From Nemertoderma westbladi (lineage: Eukaryota > Animalia > Xenacoelomorpha), in NCBI GenBank assembly GCA_032718475.1, contig JAUCBJ010008281.1, positions 1-64,000 on the forward strand: a stretch of 64,000 nucleotides of DNA, given 5' to 3'. This document shows positions 13,985 through 28,000 of this stretch, one piece after another; position 1 is the first letter of the stretch; every line of letters starts with the position of its first letter. Both the position numbers and the translations under genes were made by a program. The notes under the pieces are model-generated. The model made no database searches. It saw only the letters and a program-made list of their open reading frames with translations, and was not told the DNA's origin.

Positions 13985-15020
13985 ATTTAGAGGCCTTCAA
14001 GCAGTCAAGTAGCATCACAAATACTGAAACGAGCTGTCAAAACGCTTTAGTTAGAGACATTCTTGCTGCATTTTAAATACTGAAAAGAGCTTTTGAAACT
14101 ATTTAGGTCTTCGCGCAGCATGTTAAATACTAGAAAAGAGCCACTAAAACTGTTCAGAGTCCTTTGTGCAGCATGATAAATGCTGAAAAGTGCAGTTGAA
14201 ATTGTTCAGAGGGTATCATGTATCATGAGAAAAACTGAATAGAACTGATAAAACTGCCCAGGGGCCTTCGCACAGTTTGAAAAATACATAAAAGATCTCT
14301 CAAAGCTGCTCAGAGATCTTTGTGCAGCATGATAAACGCTGAAAAAAGATTTTGAAATGAAACTATTCAGAGCTTTGTGCAGCATGATAAATGCTGAAAA
14401 GTGCAGTTGAAATTGTTCAGAGGGTATCATGTATCATGAGAAAAACTGAATAGAACTGATAAAACTGCCCAGGGGCCTTCGCACAGTTTGAAAAATACAT
14501 AAAAGATCTCTCAAAGCTGCTCAGAGATCTTTGTGCAGCATGATAAACGCTGAAAAAAGATTTTGAAATGAAACTATTCAGAGCTTTGTGCAGCATGATA
14601 AATGCTGAAAAGAGCTGTTGAAACTGTTCAGAGGTCTTCGAGCAGCTTGAGAAAGACTGAAAATAAGTTTTGAAACTTTCAGGCCTTCACACAGAAGGTG
14701 AAATACTGAAAAGAGTTGATAAAACTGTTCACAGAGTTCTTCATGCAGCATGATAAATGCTGAAAATAAACAGTTGAAATTGTTCAGATGGCTTTGTGCA
14801 ACATGAGAAAAGCTGAAAATTGCTGTTGAAAGTTATAAAACTGTTCAAAGTCCTTCATGCAGCATAAATGCTAAAAAATAACATTTGAAGTTGTTCAGAT
14901 GGCTTTGTGCAATATGAGAATGCTGAAAATAGCTGTTGAAACTGTTCAGATGCCGTCGTGCAGCATGATAAATGCTGAAAAGGGCTGTTGAAACTGCTAA
15001 AAGGCCTTCATGCAGCATGA
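13985..15020. repeat. Degenerate ~52-bp tandem repeat containing a recent 211-bp duplication
   Basis: Recurring GCAGCATGATAAATGCTGAAAAGAGCTGTTGAAACTGTTCAGAG-like units. The sequence from ~14162 is repeated near-exactly from ~14373. Confidence 0.8.
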
Positions 15021-15026
15021 TGCATG

Positions 15027-15556
15027 TGTCTGCACCAGTGTCTGCACCACTGTCTGCACCACTGTCTGCACCAGTGTCTGCACCACTGTCTGCACCAGGT
15101 GTCTGCACCACTGTCTGCACCAGTGTCCGCACCACTGTCTGCACCAGTGTCTCCACCACTGTCTGCACCACTGTCTGCACCATTGTCTGCACCAATGTCT
15201 GCACCCGTGTCTGCACCACTGTCTGCACCAGTGTCTGCACCAGGTGTCTGCATCACTGTCTGCACCACTGTCTGCACCAGGTGTATGCACCACTGTCTGC
15301 ACCACTGTCTGCACCAGTGTCCGCACCACTGTCTGCACCAGTGTCTGCACCACTGTCTGCACCAGTGTCTGCACCAGTGTCTGCACCAAAGTCTGCACCA
15401 GTGTCTGCACCACTGTCTGCACCAGGTGTCTGCACCATTGTCTGCACCAGTGTCTGCACCAGTGTCTGCACCACTGTCTGCACCAGTGTCTGCACCACTG
15501 TCTGCACCAGGTGTCTGCACCACTGTCTGCACCAGTGTCCGCACCACTGTCTGCAC
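15027..15556. repeat. 12-bp minisatellite (TGTCTGCACCAC/G)n with occasional 14-bp units
   Basis: Direct reading. The stop-free unit produces the overlapping spurious ORFs in all six frames. Confidence 0.95.
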
Positions 15557-16636
15557 ATATTTTTGCACAAAATATGTGTATTTTTGTACCCTTGAAGTCC
15601 TAACGTCTACATTTGTAGACCCTATGTAAAATCTATCTTCCCATATATGTACGTTAACCAAAGTTTGGAATTTTCTTAATAGGTCCACTTTATGCTCACA
15701 ATAAAAATTTCAAGAAATTTCATTGAAGCATTCATGGTCCGGGACTTGCTGGGTTAAAGATCCTATCCATATTTCCAAAAAGTTAAGTGCAGTTCTAGAA
15801 TCCTGTAATGAGTGGTTGGTTGATAATAAGCTATCCATTCACTACGGTAAGACTGAAAGTATTTTGTTTGGTTCCAAAAGAAAGTTAAAGAAGGTAACTA
15901 AGTTTGGAGTCACTAGTAATGGACATAAGATTGAAAATAAAAAGGCTAAAAAAGGTTAAATATTTAGGCACCACATAGGATAACTGCTTATCAGGAGAAA
16001 CTACAGTGAAAAACATTTTCTCGAAAGTTAACAGTAGGCTTAGGTTTCTATACAGAAATAAAAATAGTTTAAACACCGACTCCCGCAAGTTACTTTGCTC
16101 TTCTTTAATACAGTGTCAGAGTGTCACATGGACTATGCGTGCTCTTGTTGGTATGAAGGTTTAACCAAACAGCTTAAATGTAAATTACAAGTATCTCAGA
16201 ATAAAGTAGTACGATTTATTAAAGACTACAAACCTAGGCACCACCTAACTCCAGATGACTTTTCTGAATCTGGACTACTTAACTTAGATAGTAGAGTTAA
16301 GCAGCTATGCCTTAACCATGTGCATAAAGTGTATAATGGTAAATGTCCCAATTAATTAAAACAAAAATTCAACAGAGTACGCAATACACACTCTTAAAGT
16401 ACCAGAGCTAGTGCTTCAAACTTTTACCTCCCGAATTGTAAATCCTTTGAATCTGATACTTTCTTTTTTAACGGCATTAAAAATTGGAACGCTTTGCCTA
16501 ATGAAATTAAAAACCTAAATAACAAAAAATCTAAACCTAAATAATAATTTATCAATAAATTATATGTAAGTCAATATCCATTCAGTTTGAAATATATATA
16601 AATTATTGAGAATAATTTATATTTTCATTAAATTAG

Positions 16637-19600
16637 ATGATGATGAATGCGATAGTGGTACAAACAATTGCCACAATAATGCCATCTGTACAAATGATGA
16701 TGGTGGATTCACATGTGATTGCATTTTAGGCTATTCTGGAGATGGTGTATCATGCACTGGTAAGTTAATGACATAATAATTTTTAACCAATAAAAAATGT
16801 GCAAGTCAATGTCCATTGAGTTTTAGATTTATATAAATGAGCGAAACATTTTAATTAATCATTTAATTTAGATGATGATGAATGCAATAGCGGTACACAC
16901 AATTGCCACAGTAATGCCATCTGTACAAATGATGATGGTGGTTTCACATGTGATTGCATTTTAGGCTATTCTGGAGATGGTGTATCATGCACTGGTAAGT
17001 TAATCACATAATAATTTATATCCAATAAAAAATGTGCAAGTCAATATCCATTGAGTTTGAAATATATATAAATTAATGAGAAAAATTTATCTTTTCATTT
17101 AAATTAGATGATGATGAATGCGATAGCGGTACAAACAATTGCCACAATAATGCCATCTGTACAAATGATGATGGTGGATTCACATGTGATTGCATTTTAG
17201 GCTATTCTGGAGATGGTGTATCATGCACTGGTAAGTTAATCACATAATAATTTATATCAATAAAAAATGTGCAAGTCAATGTCCATTGAGTTTGAAATAT
17301 ATATAAATTAATGAGAAAAATTTATCTTTTCATTTAAATTAGATGATGATGAATGCGATAGCGGTACAAACAATTGCCACAATAATGCCATCTGTACAAA
17401 TGATGATGGTGGATTCACATGTGATTGCATTTTAGGCTATTCTGGAGATGGTGTATCATGCACTGGTAAGTTAATCACATAATAATATATCAATAAAAAA
17501 TGTGCAAGTCAATATCCATTGAGTTTGAAATATATATAAATTAATGAGAAAAATTATATTTTCATTTAAATTAGATGACAATGAATGCGATAGCGGTACA
17601 CACAATTGCCACAATAATGCCATTTGTACAAATGATGATGGTGGATTCACATGTGATTGCATTTCAGGCTATTCTGGAGATGGTGTATCATGCACTGGTA
17701 AGTTAATGACATAATGATTTTTAACCAATAAAAAATGTGCAAGTCAATATCCATTGAGTTTTAGATTTATATAAATTAGCGAAACATTATAATTAATCAT
17801 TTAATTTAGATAATGATGAATGCGATAGTGGTACACACAATTGCCACAATAATGCCATCTGTACAAATGATGATGGTGGATTCACATGTGATTGCATTTC
17901 AGGCTATTCTGGAGATGGTGTATCATGCTCTGGTAAGTTAATCACATAATAATATATCAATAAAAAATGTGCAAGTCAATATCCATTGAGTTTGAAATAT
18001 ATATAAAATAATGAAAAAAAATTTATATTTTCATTTAAATTAGATGATGATGAATGCGATAGTGGTACACACAATTGCCACAATAATGCCATTTGTACAA
18101 ATTATGATGGTGGATTCACATGTGATTGCATTTTAGGCTATTCTGGAGATGGTGTATCATGCACTGGTAAGTTAATCACATAATAATTTATCAATAAATT
18201 ATGTGTAAGTCAATATCCATTGAGTTTGAAATGTATATCTATTATTGAGAATAATTTATATTTATTTTTCTTTTAAATTAGATGATGATGAATGCGATAG
18301 TGGTACACACAATTGCCACAATAATGCCATCTGTACAAATGATGATGGTGGATTCACATGTGATTGTATTACAGGCTATTCTGGAGATGGTGTATCATGC
18401 ACTGGTAAGTTAATGACATAATAATTTACATCCAATAAAAAATGCGCAAGTCAATATCCATTGAGTTCGAAATATATATAAATTAATGAGATAAAATTTA
18501 TATTTTCATTTAAATTAGATGATGATGAATGCGATAGCGGTACACACAATTGCCACAATAATGCCATTTGTACAAATGATGATGGTGGATTCACATGTGA
18601 TTGCATTTTAGGCTATTCTGGAGATGGTGTATCATGCACTGGTAAGTTAATGACATAATAATTTTTAACCAATAAAAAATGTGCAAGTCAATGTCCATTG
18701 AGTTTTAGATTTATATAAATTAGCGAAACATTTTAATTAATCATTTAATTTAGATGATGATGAATGCAATAGCGGTACACACAATTGCCACAGTAATGCC
18801 ATCTGTACAAATGATGATGGTGGTTTCACATGTGATTGCATTTTAGGCTATTCTGGAGATGGTGTATCATGCACTGGTAAGTTAATCACATAATAATTTA
18901 TATCCAATAAAAAATGTGCAAGTCAATATCCATTGAGTTTGAAATATATATAAATTAATGAGAAAAATTTATCTTTTCATTTAAATTAGATGATGATGAA
19001 TGCGATAGCGGTACAAACAATTGCCACAATAATGCCATCTGTACAAATGATGATGGTGGATTCACATGTGATTGCATTTTAGGCTATTCTGGAGATGGTG
19101 TATCATGCACTGGTAAGTTAATCACATAATAATTTATATCAATAAAAAATGTGCAAGTCAATGTCCATTGAGTTTGAAATATATATAAATTAATGAGAAA
19201 AATTTATCTTTTCATTTAAATTAGATGATGATGAATGCGATAGCGGTACAAACAATTGCCACAATAATGCCATCTGTACAAATGATGATGGTGGATTCAC
19301 ATGTGATTGCATTTTAGGCTATTCTGGAGATGGTGTATCATGCACTGGTAAGTTAATCACATAATAATATATCAATAAAAAATGTGCAAGTCAATATCCA
19401 TTGAGTTTGAAATATATATAAATTAATGAGAAAAATTATATTTTCATTTAAATTAGATGACAATGAATGCGATAGCGGTACACACAATTGCCACAATAAT
19501 GCCATTTGTACAAATGATGATGGTGGATTCACATGTGATTGCATTTCAGGCTATTCTGGAGATGGTGTATCATGCACTGGTAAGTTAATGACATAATGAT

Positions 19601-22001
19601 TTTTAACCAATAAAAAATGTGCAAGTCAATATCCATTGAGTTTTAGATTTATATAAATTAGCGAAACATTATAATTAATCATTTAATTTAGATAATGATG
19701 AATGCGATAGTGGTACACACAATTGCCACAATAATGCCATCTGTACAAATGATGATGGTGGATTCACATGTGATTGCATTTCAGGCTATTCTGGAGATGG
19801 TGTATCATGCTCTGGTAAGTTAATCACATAATAATATATCAATAAAAAATGTGCAAGTCAATATCCATTGAGTTTGAAATATATATAAAATAATGAAAAA
19901 AAATTTATATTTTCATTTAAATTAGATGATGATGAATGCGATAGTGGTACACACAATTGCCACAATAATGCCAACTGTACAAATGATGATGGTGGATTCA
20001 CATGTGATTGCATTTCAGGCTATTCTGGAGATGGTGTATCATGCATTGGTAAGTTAATCACATAATAATTTATATAAAAAAAAATGTGCAAATCAATGTC
20101 CATTGAGTTTGAAATATACATAAATTAATGAGAAAAATGTATATTTTCATTTAAATTAGATGATGATGAATGCGATAGCGGTACACACAATTGCCACAAT
20201 AATGCCATCTGTACAAATGATGATGGTGGATTCACATGTGATTGCATTTCGGGCTATTCTGGAGATGGTGTATCATGCACTGGTCAGTTAATCACATAAT
20301 AATTTATCAATAAATTATGTGTAAGTCAATATCCATTGAGTTTGAAATATATATAAATTAATGAGAAAAATGTATATTTTCATTTAAATTAGATGATGAT
20401 GAATGCGATAGCGGTACACACAATTGCCACAATAATGCCATCTGTACAAATGATGATGGTGGATTCACATGTGATTGCATTTCAGGCTATTCTGGAGATG
20501 GTGTATCATGCACTGGTAAGTTAATCACATAATAATTTACATCCAATAAAAAATGCGCAAGTCAATATCCATTGAGTTCGAAATATATATAAATTAATGA
20601 GATAAAATTTATATTTTCATTTAAATTAGATGATGATGAATGCGATAGCGGTACACACAATTGCCACAATAATGCCATTTGTACAAATGATGATGGTGGA
20701 TTCACATGTGATTGCATTTTAGGCTATTCTGGAGATGGTGTATCATGCACTGGTAAGTTAATCACATAATAATTTATCAATAAATTATGTGTAAGTCAAT
20801 ATCCATTGAGTTTGAAATGTATATCTATTATTGAGAATAATTTATATTTATTTTTCTTTTAAATTAGATGATGATGAATGCGATAGTGGTGCACACAATT
20901 GCCACAATAATGCCATCTGTACAAATGATGATGGTGGATTCACATGTGATTGTATTACAGGCTATTCTGGAGATGGTGTATCATGCACTGGTAAGTTAAT
21001 GACATAATAATTTACATCCAATAAAAAATGCGCAAGTCAATATCCATTGAGTTCGAAATATATATAAATTAATGAGATAAAATTTATATTTTCATTTAAA
21101 TTAGATGATGATGAATGCGATAGCGGTACACACAATTGCCACAATAATGCCATTTGTACAAATGATGATGGTGGATTCACATGTGATTGCATTTTAGGCT
21201 ATTCTGGAGATGGTGTATCATGCACTGGTAAGTTAATCACATAATAATTTATCAATAAATTATGTGTAAGTCAATATCCATTGAGTTTGAAATATATATA
21301 AATTAATGATGAAAAATTTATATTTTCATTTAAATTAGATGATGATGAATGCGATAGCGGTACACACAACTGCCACAATAATGCCAACTGTACAAATAAT
21401 GAGGGTGGATTCACATGTGATTGCATTATAGGCTATTCTGGAGATGGTGTATCATGCACTGGTAAGTTAATTAATCATATCATTATTTAAATCCAATAAA
21501 AAATGTGATAAGTCAAAACCCATTGCATTTGGGATTTATATGAATTAAAGGGTTATTTTTTTAACTTAACATTTATTTAGATGATGATGAATGTGATAGC
21601 GGTACACACAATTGCCACAATAATGCCATCTGTACAAATATTGCTGGTGGATTCAGTTGTGAATGTGATACAGGCTTTTCTGGAAATGGTGTATCTTGTG
21701 CTGGTGAGATAATCCCATATTGTTCTAAACCAAATAAGATTAATGAATAATAACATAACAATAACATAATTACTCAAGTTCAAATGTGAAATGAAGATTA
21801 AATTGCGAACCAAAGATAACAATAATTTAGAGGTTTCCATTTCCATATCAATTATTATTCATCCTTTTTTTTCAGATCATGATGAATGCAGTTTAGATAC
21901 GCACAACTGTCATGAACATGCCAACTGCTCAAATACCTATGGTTGGTTCATGTGCTTTTGCATGTCTGGATATGAGGGGGATGGAATAAATAACTGTTCA
22001 G
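16637..22001 (+). repeat. EGF higher-order block 1 (5'-incomplete): 21 A exons, B, C
   Basis: B exon 21581-21703 ([27 protein letters not shown] donor). C exon 21876-22001 (126 bp, [42 protein letters not shown]). Confidence 0.88.
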
Positions 22002-25000
22002 GTAGTACTCTATATTTGTACATTTTCAGCGATATTTATAATAATTTAAAAAATTAACCTTTATATTCAAAACAATAATATTCTTTTTTAATTAAATTTA
22101 AATAAATATATTGTTTCATATGAATATAGTATAGAAAAAAAACAAATAAACATATTAAAGATAATAATATGTTAATTAACATTCAAATAACATAGAACAA
22201 CAAAAAAAATATTATATGAAATATAATTATAAAGTTTGTAATGTTTGTTTTTTGTTTACTTTTTTAATTAATAAAGTAAAAGTAAATAAAAGTAAATTTT
22301 CTTCGGCCGCTAGGCCAGGTATTACTTACAAAGTCTGACGACTTATTTCCTGTGCGGTCCCCCCAGAACTTTACTCCCCAGAGGAAACTCCAGTACTCAT
22401 TAAGCTACCACTTAAGGATGCAAGGCAGAGATGCGCCCTGGCTGGTCCCTTTAAAGCATTCGTGCCGAAACGAAAACTGCCCTGGCCCATGTGAGGATCG
22501 AACCCACGACCTACAGGAGATGTGAATTCAATGCAAACACTATACCTAGGTGGAACCTTAATAGTATTGTAAAAAGTTTATGAATATTTAATTCATTAGT
22601 CTGAATTCATGTTATTTGTATACAATATAATAGTATAAAATTATTAAAATGTGTTATAAGATATACATGCATAAAATGTGTTATAAAATATACATGCATA
22701 CATGACTTGTTATTTAAGTTTATAATATTCATTTTTTATTCACAATTGCAATACATTTATTTTTACATTCAATGTTGCAGATATTAATGAATGCATAACA
22801 AACATTAATAATTGCAACAATAATGCCATCTGTACAAATACTGATGGTGGATTCACATGTGATTGCAATTCAGGCTATTCTGGAGATGGTGTATCATGCA
22901 CTGGTAAGTTAATCACATAATAATTTATCACTAAATAATGTGCAAGTCAGTATCCATTGAGTTGGAAATATATATAAATTAATGAGTAAAAATTATATTT
23001 TCATTTAAATTAGATGATGATGAATGTGATGGTGGTACACACAATTGCCACAACAATGCAAACTGTACAAATGATGATGGTGGATTCACATGTGATTGCA
23101 ATTCAGGCTATTCTGGAGATGGTGTATCATGCACTGGTAAGTTAATCACATAATAATTTATATCCAATAAAAAATGTGCAAGTCAATATCCATTGAGTTT
23201 TAAATATATATAAATTAATGAGAAAAATTATATTTTCATTTAAATTAGATGATGATGAATGCGATAGCGGTACACACAATTGCCACAATAATGCCATCTG
23301 TACAAATGATGATGGTGGATTCACATGTGATTGCATTTTAGGCTATTCTGGAGATGGTGTATCATGCACTGGTAAGTTAATCACATAATAATTTATCAAT
23401 AAATTGTATGTAAGTCAATATCCATTGAGTTTGAAATACATATAAATTATTGAGAATAATTTATATTTTCATTAAATTAGATGATGATGAATGCGATAGC
23501 GGTACACACAATTGCCACAATAACGCCATCTGTACAAATGATGATGGTGGATTCACATGTGATTGCATTTTAGGCTATTCTGGAGATGGTGTATCATGCA
23601 TAGGTAAGTTAATCACATCATAATTTATATCAATAACAAATGTGCAAGTCAATGTCCATTGAGTTTGAAGTATATATAAATTAATGAGAAAAATTTTATT
23701 TTCATTTAAATTAGATGACGATGAATGCGATAGTGGTACAAACAATTGCCACAATAATGCCATCTGTACAAATGATGATGGTGGATTCACATGTGATTGC
23801 CTTTCAGGCTATTCTGGAGATGGTGTATCATGCACTGGTAAGTTAATCACATAATAATTTATATCAATAAAAAATGTGCAAGTCAATGTCCATTGAGTTT
23901 GAAATATATATAAATTAATGAGAAAAATTTATATTTTCATTTAAATTAGATGACGATGAATGCGATAGTGGTACAAACAATTGCCACAATAATGCCATCT
24001 GTACAAATGATGATGGTGGATTCACATGTGATTGCATTTCAGGCTATTCTGGAGATGGTGTATCATGCACTGGTAAGTTAATCACATAATAATTTATATC
24101 AATAAAAAATGTGCAAGTCAATGTCCATTGAGTTTGAAATATATATAAATTATTGAGAAAAATTTATATTTTCATTTAAATTAGATAATGATGAATGCGA
24201 TAGCGGTACACACAATTGCCACAATAATGCCATCTGTACAAATGATGATGGTGGATTCACATGTGATTGCATTTCAGGCTATTCTGGAGATGGTGTATCA
24301 TGCACTGGTAAGTTTATCACATAATAATTTATCAATAAAATATGTGCAAGTCAATATCCATTGAGTTTGAAATATATATAAATTATTGAAAAAAAATTTA
24401 TATTTTCATTTAAATTAGATGATGATGAATGCGATAGTGGTACACACAATTGCCACAATAATGCCATCTGTACAAATGATGATGGTGGATTCACATGTGA
24501 TTGCATTTCAGGCTATTCTGGAGATGGTGTATCATGCACTGGTAAGTTAATCACATAATAATTTACATCCAATAAAAAATGCGCAAGTCAATATCCATTG
24601 AGTTTGAAATATATATAAATTAATGAGAAAAATTTTATTTTCATTTAAATTAGATAATGATGAATGCGATAGCGGTACACACAATTGCCACAATAATGCC
24701 ATCTGTACAAATGATGATGGTGGATTCACATGTGATTGCATTTCAGGCTATTCTGGAGATGGTGTATCATGCACTGGTAAGTTAATCACATAATAATTTA
24801 CATCCAATAAAAAATGTGCAAGTCAATGTCCATTGAGTTTGAAATATATATAAATTAATGAGAAAAATTTTATTTTCATTTAAATTAGATAATGATGAAT
24901 GCGATAGCGGTACACACAATTGCCACAATAATGCCATCTGTACAAATGATGATGGTGGATTCACATGTGATTGCATTTCAGGCTATTCTGGAGATGGTGT

Positions 25001-28000
25001 ATCATGCACTGGTAAGTTAATCACATAATAATTTATCAATAAAATATGTGTAAGTCAATATCCATTGAGTTTGAAATATATATAAATTATTGAGAAAAAT
25101 TTATATTTTCATTTAAATTAGATAATGATGAATGCGATAGCGGTACACACAATTGCCACAGTAATGCCATCTGTACAAATGATGATGGTGGATTCACATG
25201 TGATTGCATTTCAGGCTATTCTGGAGATGGTGTATCATGCACTGGTAAGTTAATCACATAATAATTTATATAAAAAAAAATGTGCAAATCAATATCCATT
25301 GAGTTTAAATATATATAAATTAATGAGATAAAATTTATATTTTCATTTAAATTAGATGATGATGAATGCGATAGCGGTACACACAATTGCCACAATAATG
25401 CCATCTGTACAAATGATGATGGTGGATTCACATGTGATTGCATTTCAGGCTATTCTGGAGATGGTGTATCATGCACTGGTAAGTTAATCACATAATAATT
25501 TATCAATAAAATATGTGTAAGTCAATATCCATTGAGTTTGAAATATATATAAATTAATGAGATAAAATTTATATTTTCATTTAAATTAGATGATGATGAA
25601 TGCGATAGCGGTACACACAATTGCCACAATAATGCCATCTGTACAAATGATGATGGTGGATTCACATGTGATTGCATTTCAGGCTATTCTGGAGATGGTG
25701 TATCATGCACTGGTAAGTTAATCACATAATAATTTATCAATAAAATATGTGTAAGTCAATATCCATTGAGTTTGAAATATATATAAATTAATGAGATAAA
25801 ATTTATATTTTCATTTAAATTAGATGATGATGAATGCGATAGCGGTACACACAATTGCCACAATAATGCCATCTGTACAAATGATGATGGTGGATTCACA
25901 TGTGATTGCATTTCAGGCTATTCTGGAGATGGTGTATCATGCACTGGTAAGTTAATCACATAATAATTTATATCAATAAAAAATGTGCAAGTCAATATCC
26001 ATTGAGTTTGAAATATATATAAATTAATGATGAAAAATTTATATTTTCATTTAAATTAGATGATGATGAATGCGATAGCGGTACACACAACTGCCACAAT
26101 AATGCCAACTGTACAAATAATGAGGGTGGATTCACATGTGATTGCATTATAGGCTATTCTGGAGATGGTGTATCATGCACTGGTAAGTTAATTAATCATA
26201 TCATTATTTAAATCCAATAAAAAATGTGATAAGTCAAAACCCATTGCATTTGGGATTTATATGAATTAAAGGGTTATTTTTTTAACTTAACATTTATTTA
26301 GATGATGATGAATGTGATAGCGGTACACACAATTGCCACAATAATGCCATCTGTACAAATATTGCTGGTGGATTCAGTTGTGAATGTGATACAGGCTTTT
26401 CTGGAAATGGTGTATCTTGTGCTGGTGAGATAATCCCATATTGTTCTAAACCAAATAAGATTAATGAATAATAACATAACAATAACATAATTACTCAAGT
26501 TCAAATGTGAAATGAAGATTAAATTGCGAACCAAAGATAACAATAATTTAGAGGTTTCCATTTCCATATCAATTATTATTCATCCTTTTTTTTCAGATCA
26601 TAATGAATGCAGTTTAGATACGCACAACTGTCATGAACATGCCAACTGCTCAAATACCTATGGTTGGTTCATGTGCTTTTGCATGTCTGGATATGAGGGG
26701 GATGGAATAAATAACTGTTCAGGTAGTACTCTATATCAGTACATTTTCAGCGATATTTATAATAATTTAAAAAATTAACCTTTATATTCAAAACAATAAT
26801 ATTTTTTTTTAATTAAATTTAAATAAATATATTGTTTCATATGAATATAGTATAGAAAAAAAACAAATAAACGTATTAAAGATAATAATATGTTAATTAA
26901 CATTCAAATAACATAGAACAACAAAAAAAAATATTATATGAAATATAATTATAAAGTTTGTAATGTTTGTTTTTTGTTTACTTTTTTAATTAATAAAGTA
27001 AAAGTAAATAAAAGTAAATTTTCTTCGGCCGCTAGGCCAGGTATTACGTACAAAGTCTGACGACTTATTTCCTGTGCGGTCCCCCCAGAACTTTACTCCC
27101 CAGAGGAAACTCCAGTACTCATTAAGCTACCACTTAAGGATGCAAGGCAGAGATGCGCCCTGGCTGGTCCCTTTAAAGCATTCGTGCCGAAACGAAAACT
27201 GCCCTGGCCCATGTGAGGATCGAACCCACGACCTACAGGAGATGTGAATTCAATGCAAACACTATACCTAGGTGGAACCTTAATAGTATTGTAAAAAGTT
27301 TATGAATATTCAATTCATTAGTCTGAATTCATGTTATTTGTATACAATATAATAGTATAAAATTATTAAAATGTGTTATAAGATATACATGCATAAAATG
27401 TGTTATAAGATATACATGCATAAAATGTGTTATAAAATATACATGCATACATGACTTGTTATTTAAGTTTATAATATTCATTTTTTATTCACAATTGCAA
27501 TACATTTATTTTTACATTCAATGTTGCAGATATTAATGAATGCATAACAAACATTAATAATTGCAACAATAATGCCATCTGTACAAATACTGATGGTGGA
27601 TTCACATGTGATTGCAATTCAGGCTATTCTGGAGATGGTGAATCATGCACTGGTAAGTTAATCACATAATAATTTATCACTAAATAATGTGCAAGTCAGT
27701 ATCCATTGAGTTGGAAATATATATAAATTAATGAGTAAAAATTATATTTTCATTTAAATTAGATGATGATGAATGTGATGGCGGTACAAACAATTGCCAC
27801 AATAATGCCAACTGTACAAATGATGATGGTGGATTCACATGTGATTGCAATTCAGGCTATTCTGGAGATGGTGTATCATGCACTGGTAAGTTAATCACAT
27901 AATAATTTATATCAATAAAAAATGTGCAAGTCAATGTCCATTGAGTTTGAAATATATATAAATTAATGAGAAAAATTTTATTTTCATTTAAATTAGATGA

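Larger units (their letters stand above)
13168..15753. mobile_element. Non-autonomous piggyBac-like DNA transposon (~2.6 kb)
   Basis: TTAA at 13164-13167 and 15754-15757. Ends are CCCATTAAGTCC and GGACTTGCTGGG. The terminal motif AAGTCCTAAGGTCTACATTTGTAGAC recurs inverted at ~13523-13554 and direct at ~15589-15620. Removing the element restores the LINE reading frame. No transposase is visible. Confidence 0.85.
12977..16522 (+). mobile_element. Fragmented non-LTR retrotransposon (CR1/L2-group LINE) RT pseudogene, split by the element at 13168-15753
   Basis: YLSDRGQ...GVLQGSILGPLLFVCYVND; YSDDSALIFSL|KDPIHI...WLVDNKLSIHYGKTESILF rejoins across the TTAA site; then MDYACSCW...LQVSQNKVVR and GIKNWNALPNEIK. 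Stops and frameshifts are present. Clade assignment is from motif recall only. Confidence 0.85.

Noticed and set aside
14845-15688. Cys/His-rich or mucin-like ORFs in all six frames
   Set aside because: They arise from the stop-free 12-bp minisatellite inside a non-autonomous transposon.
22483-22512. tRNA gene
   Set aside because: Only the T-arm and 3' half are present, attached to a SINE-like body. No D-arm or A box is evident. The same applies to the three other copies.
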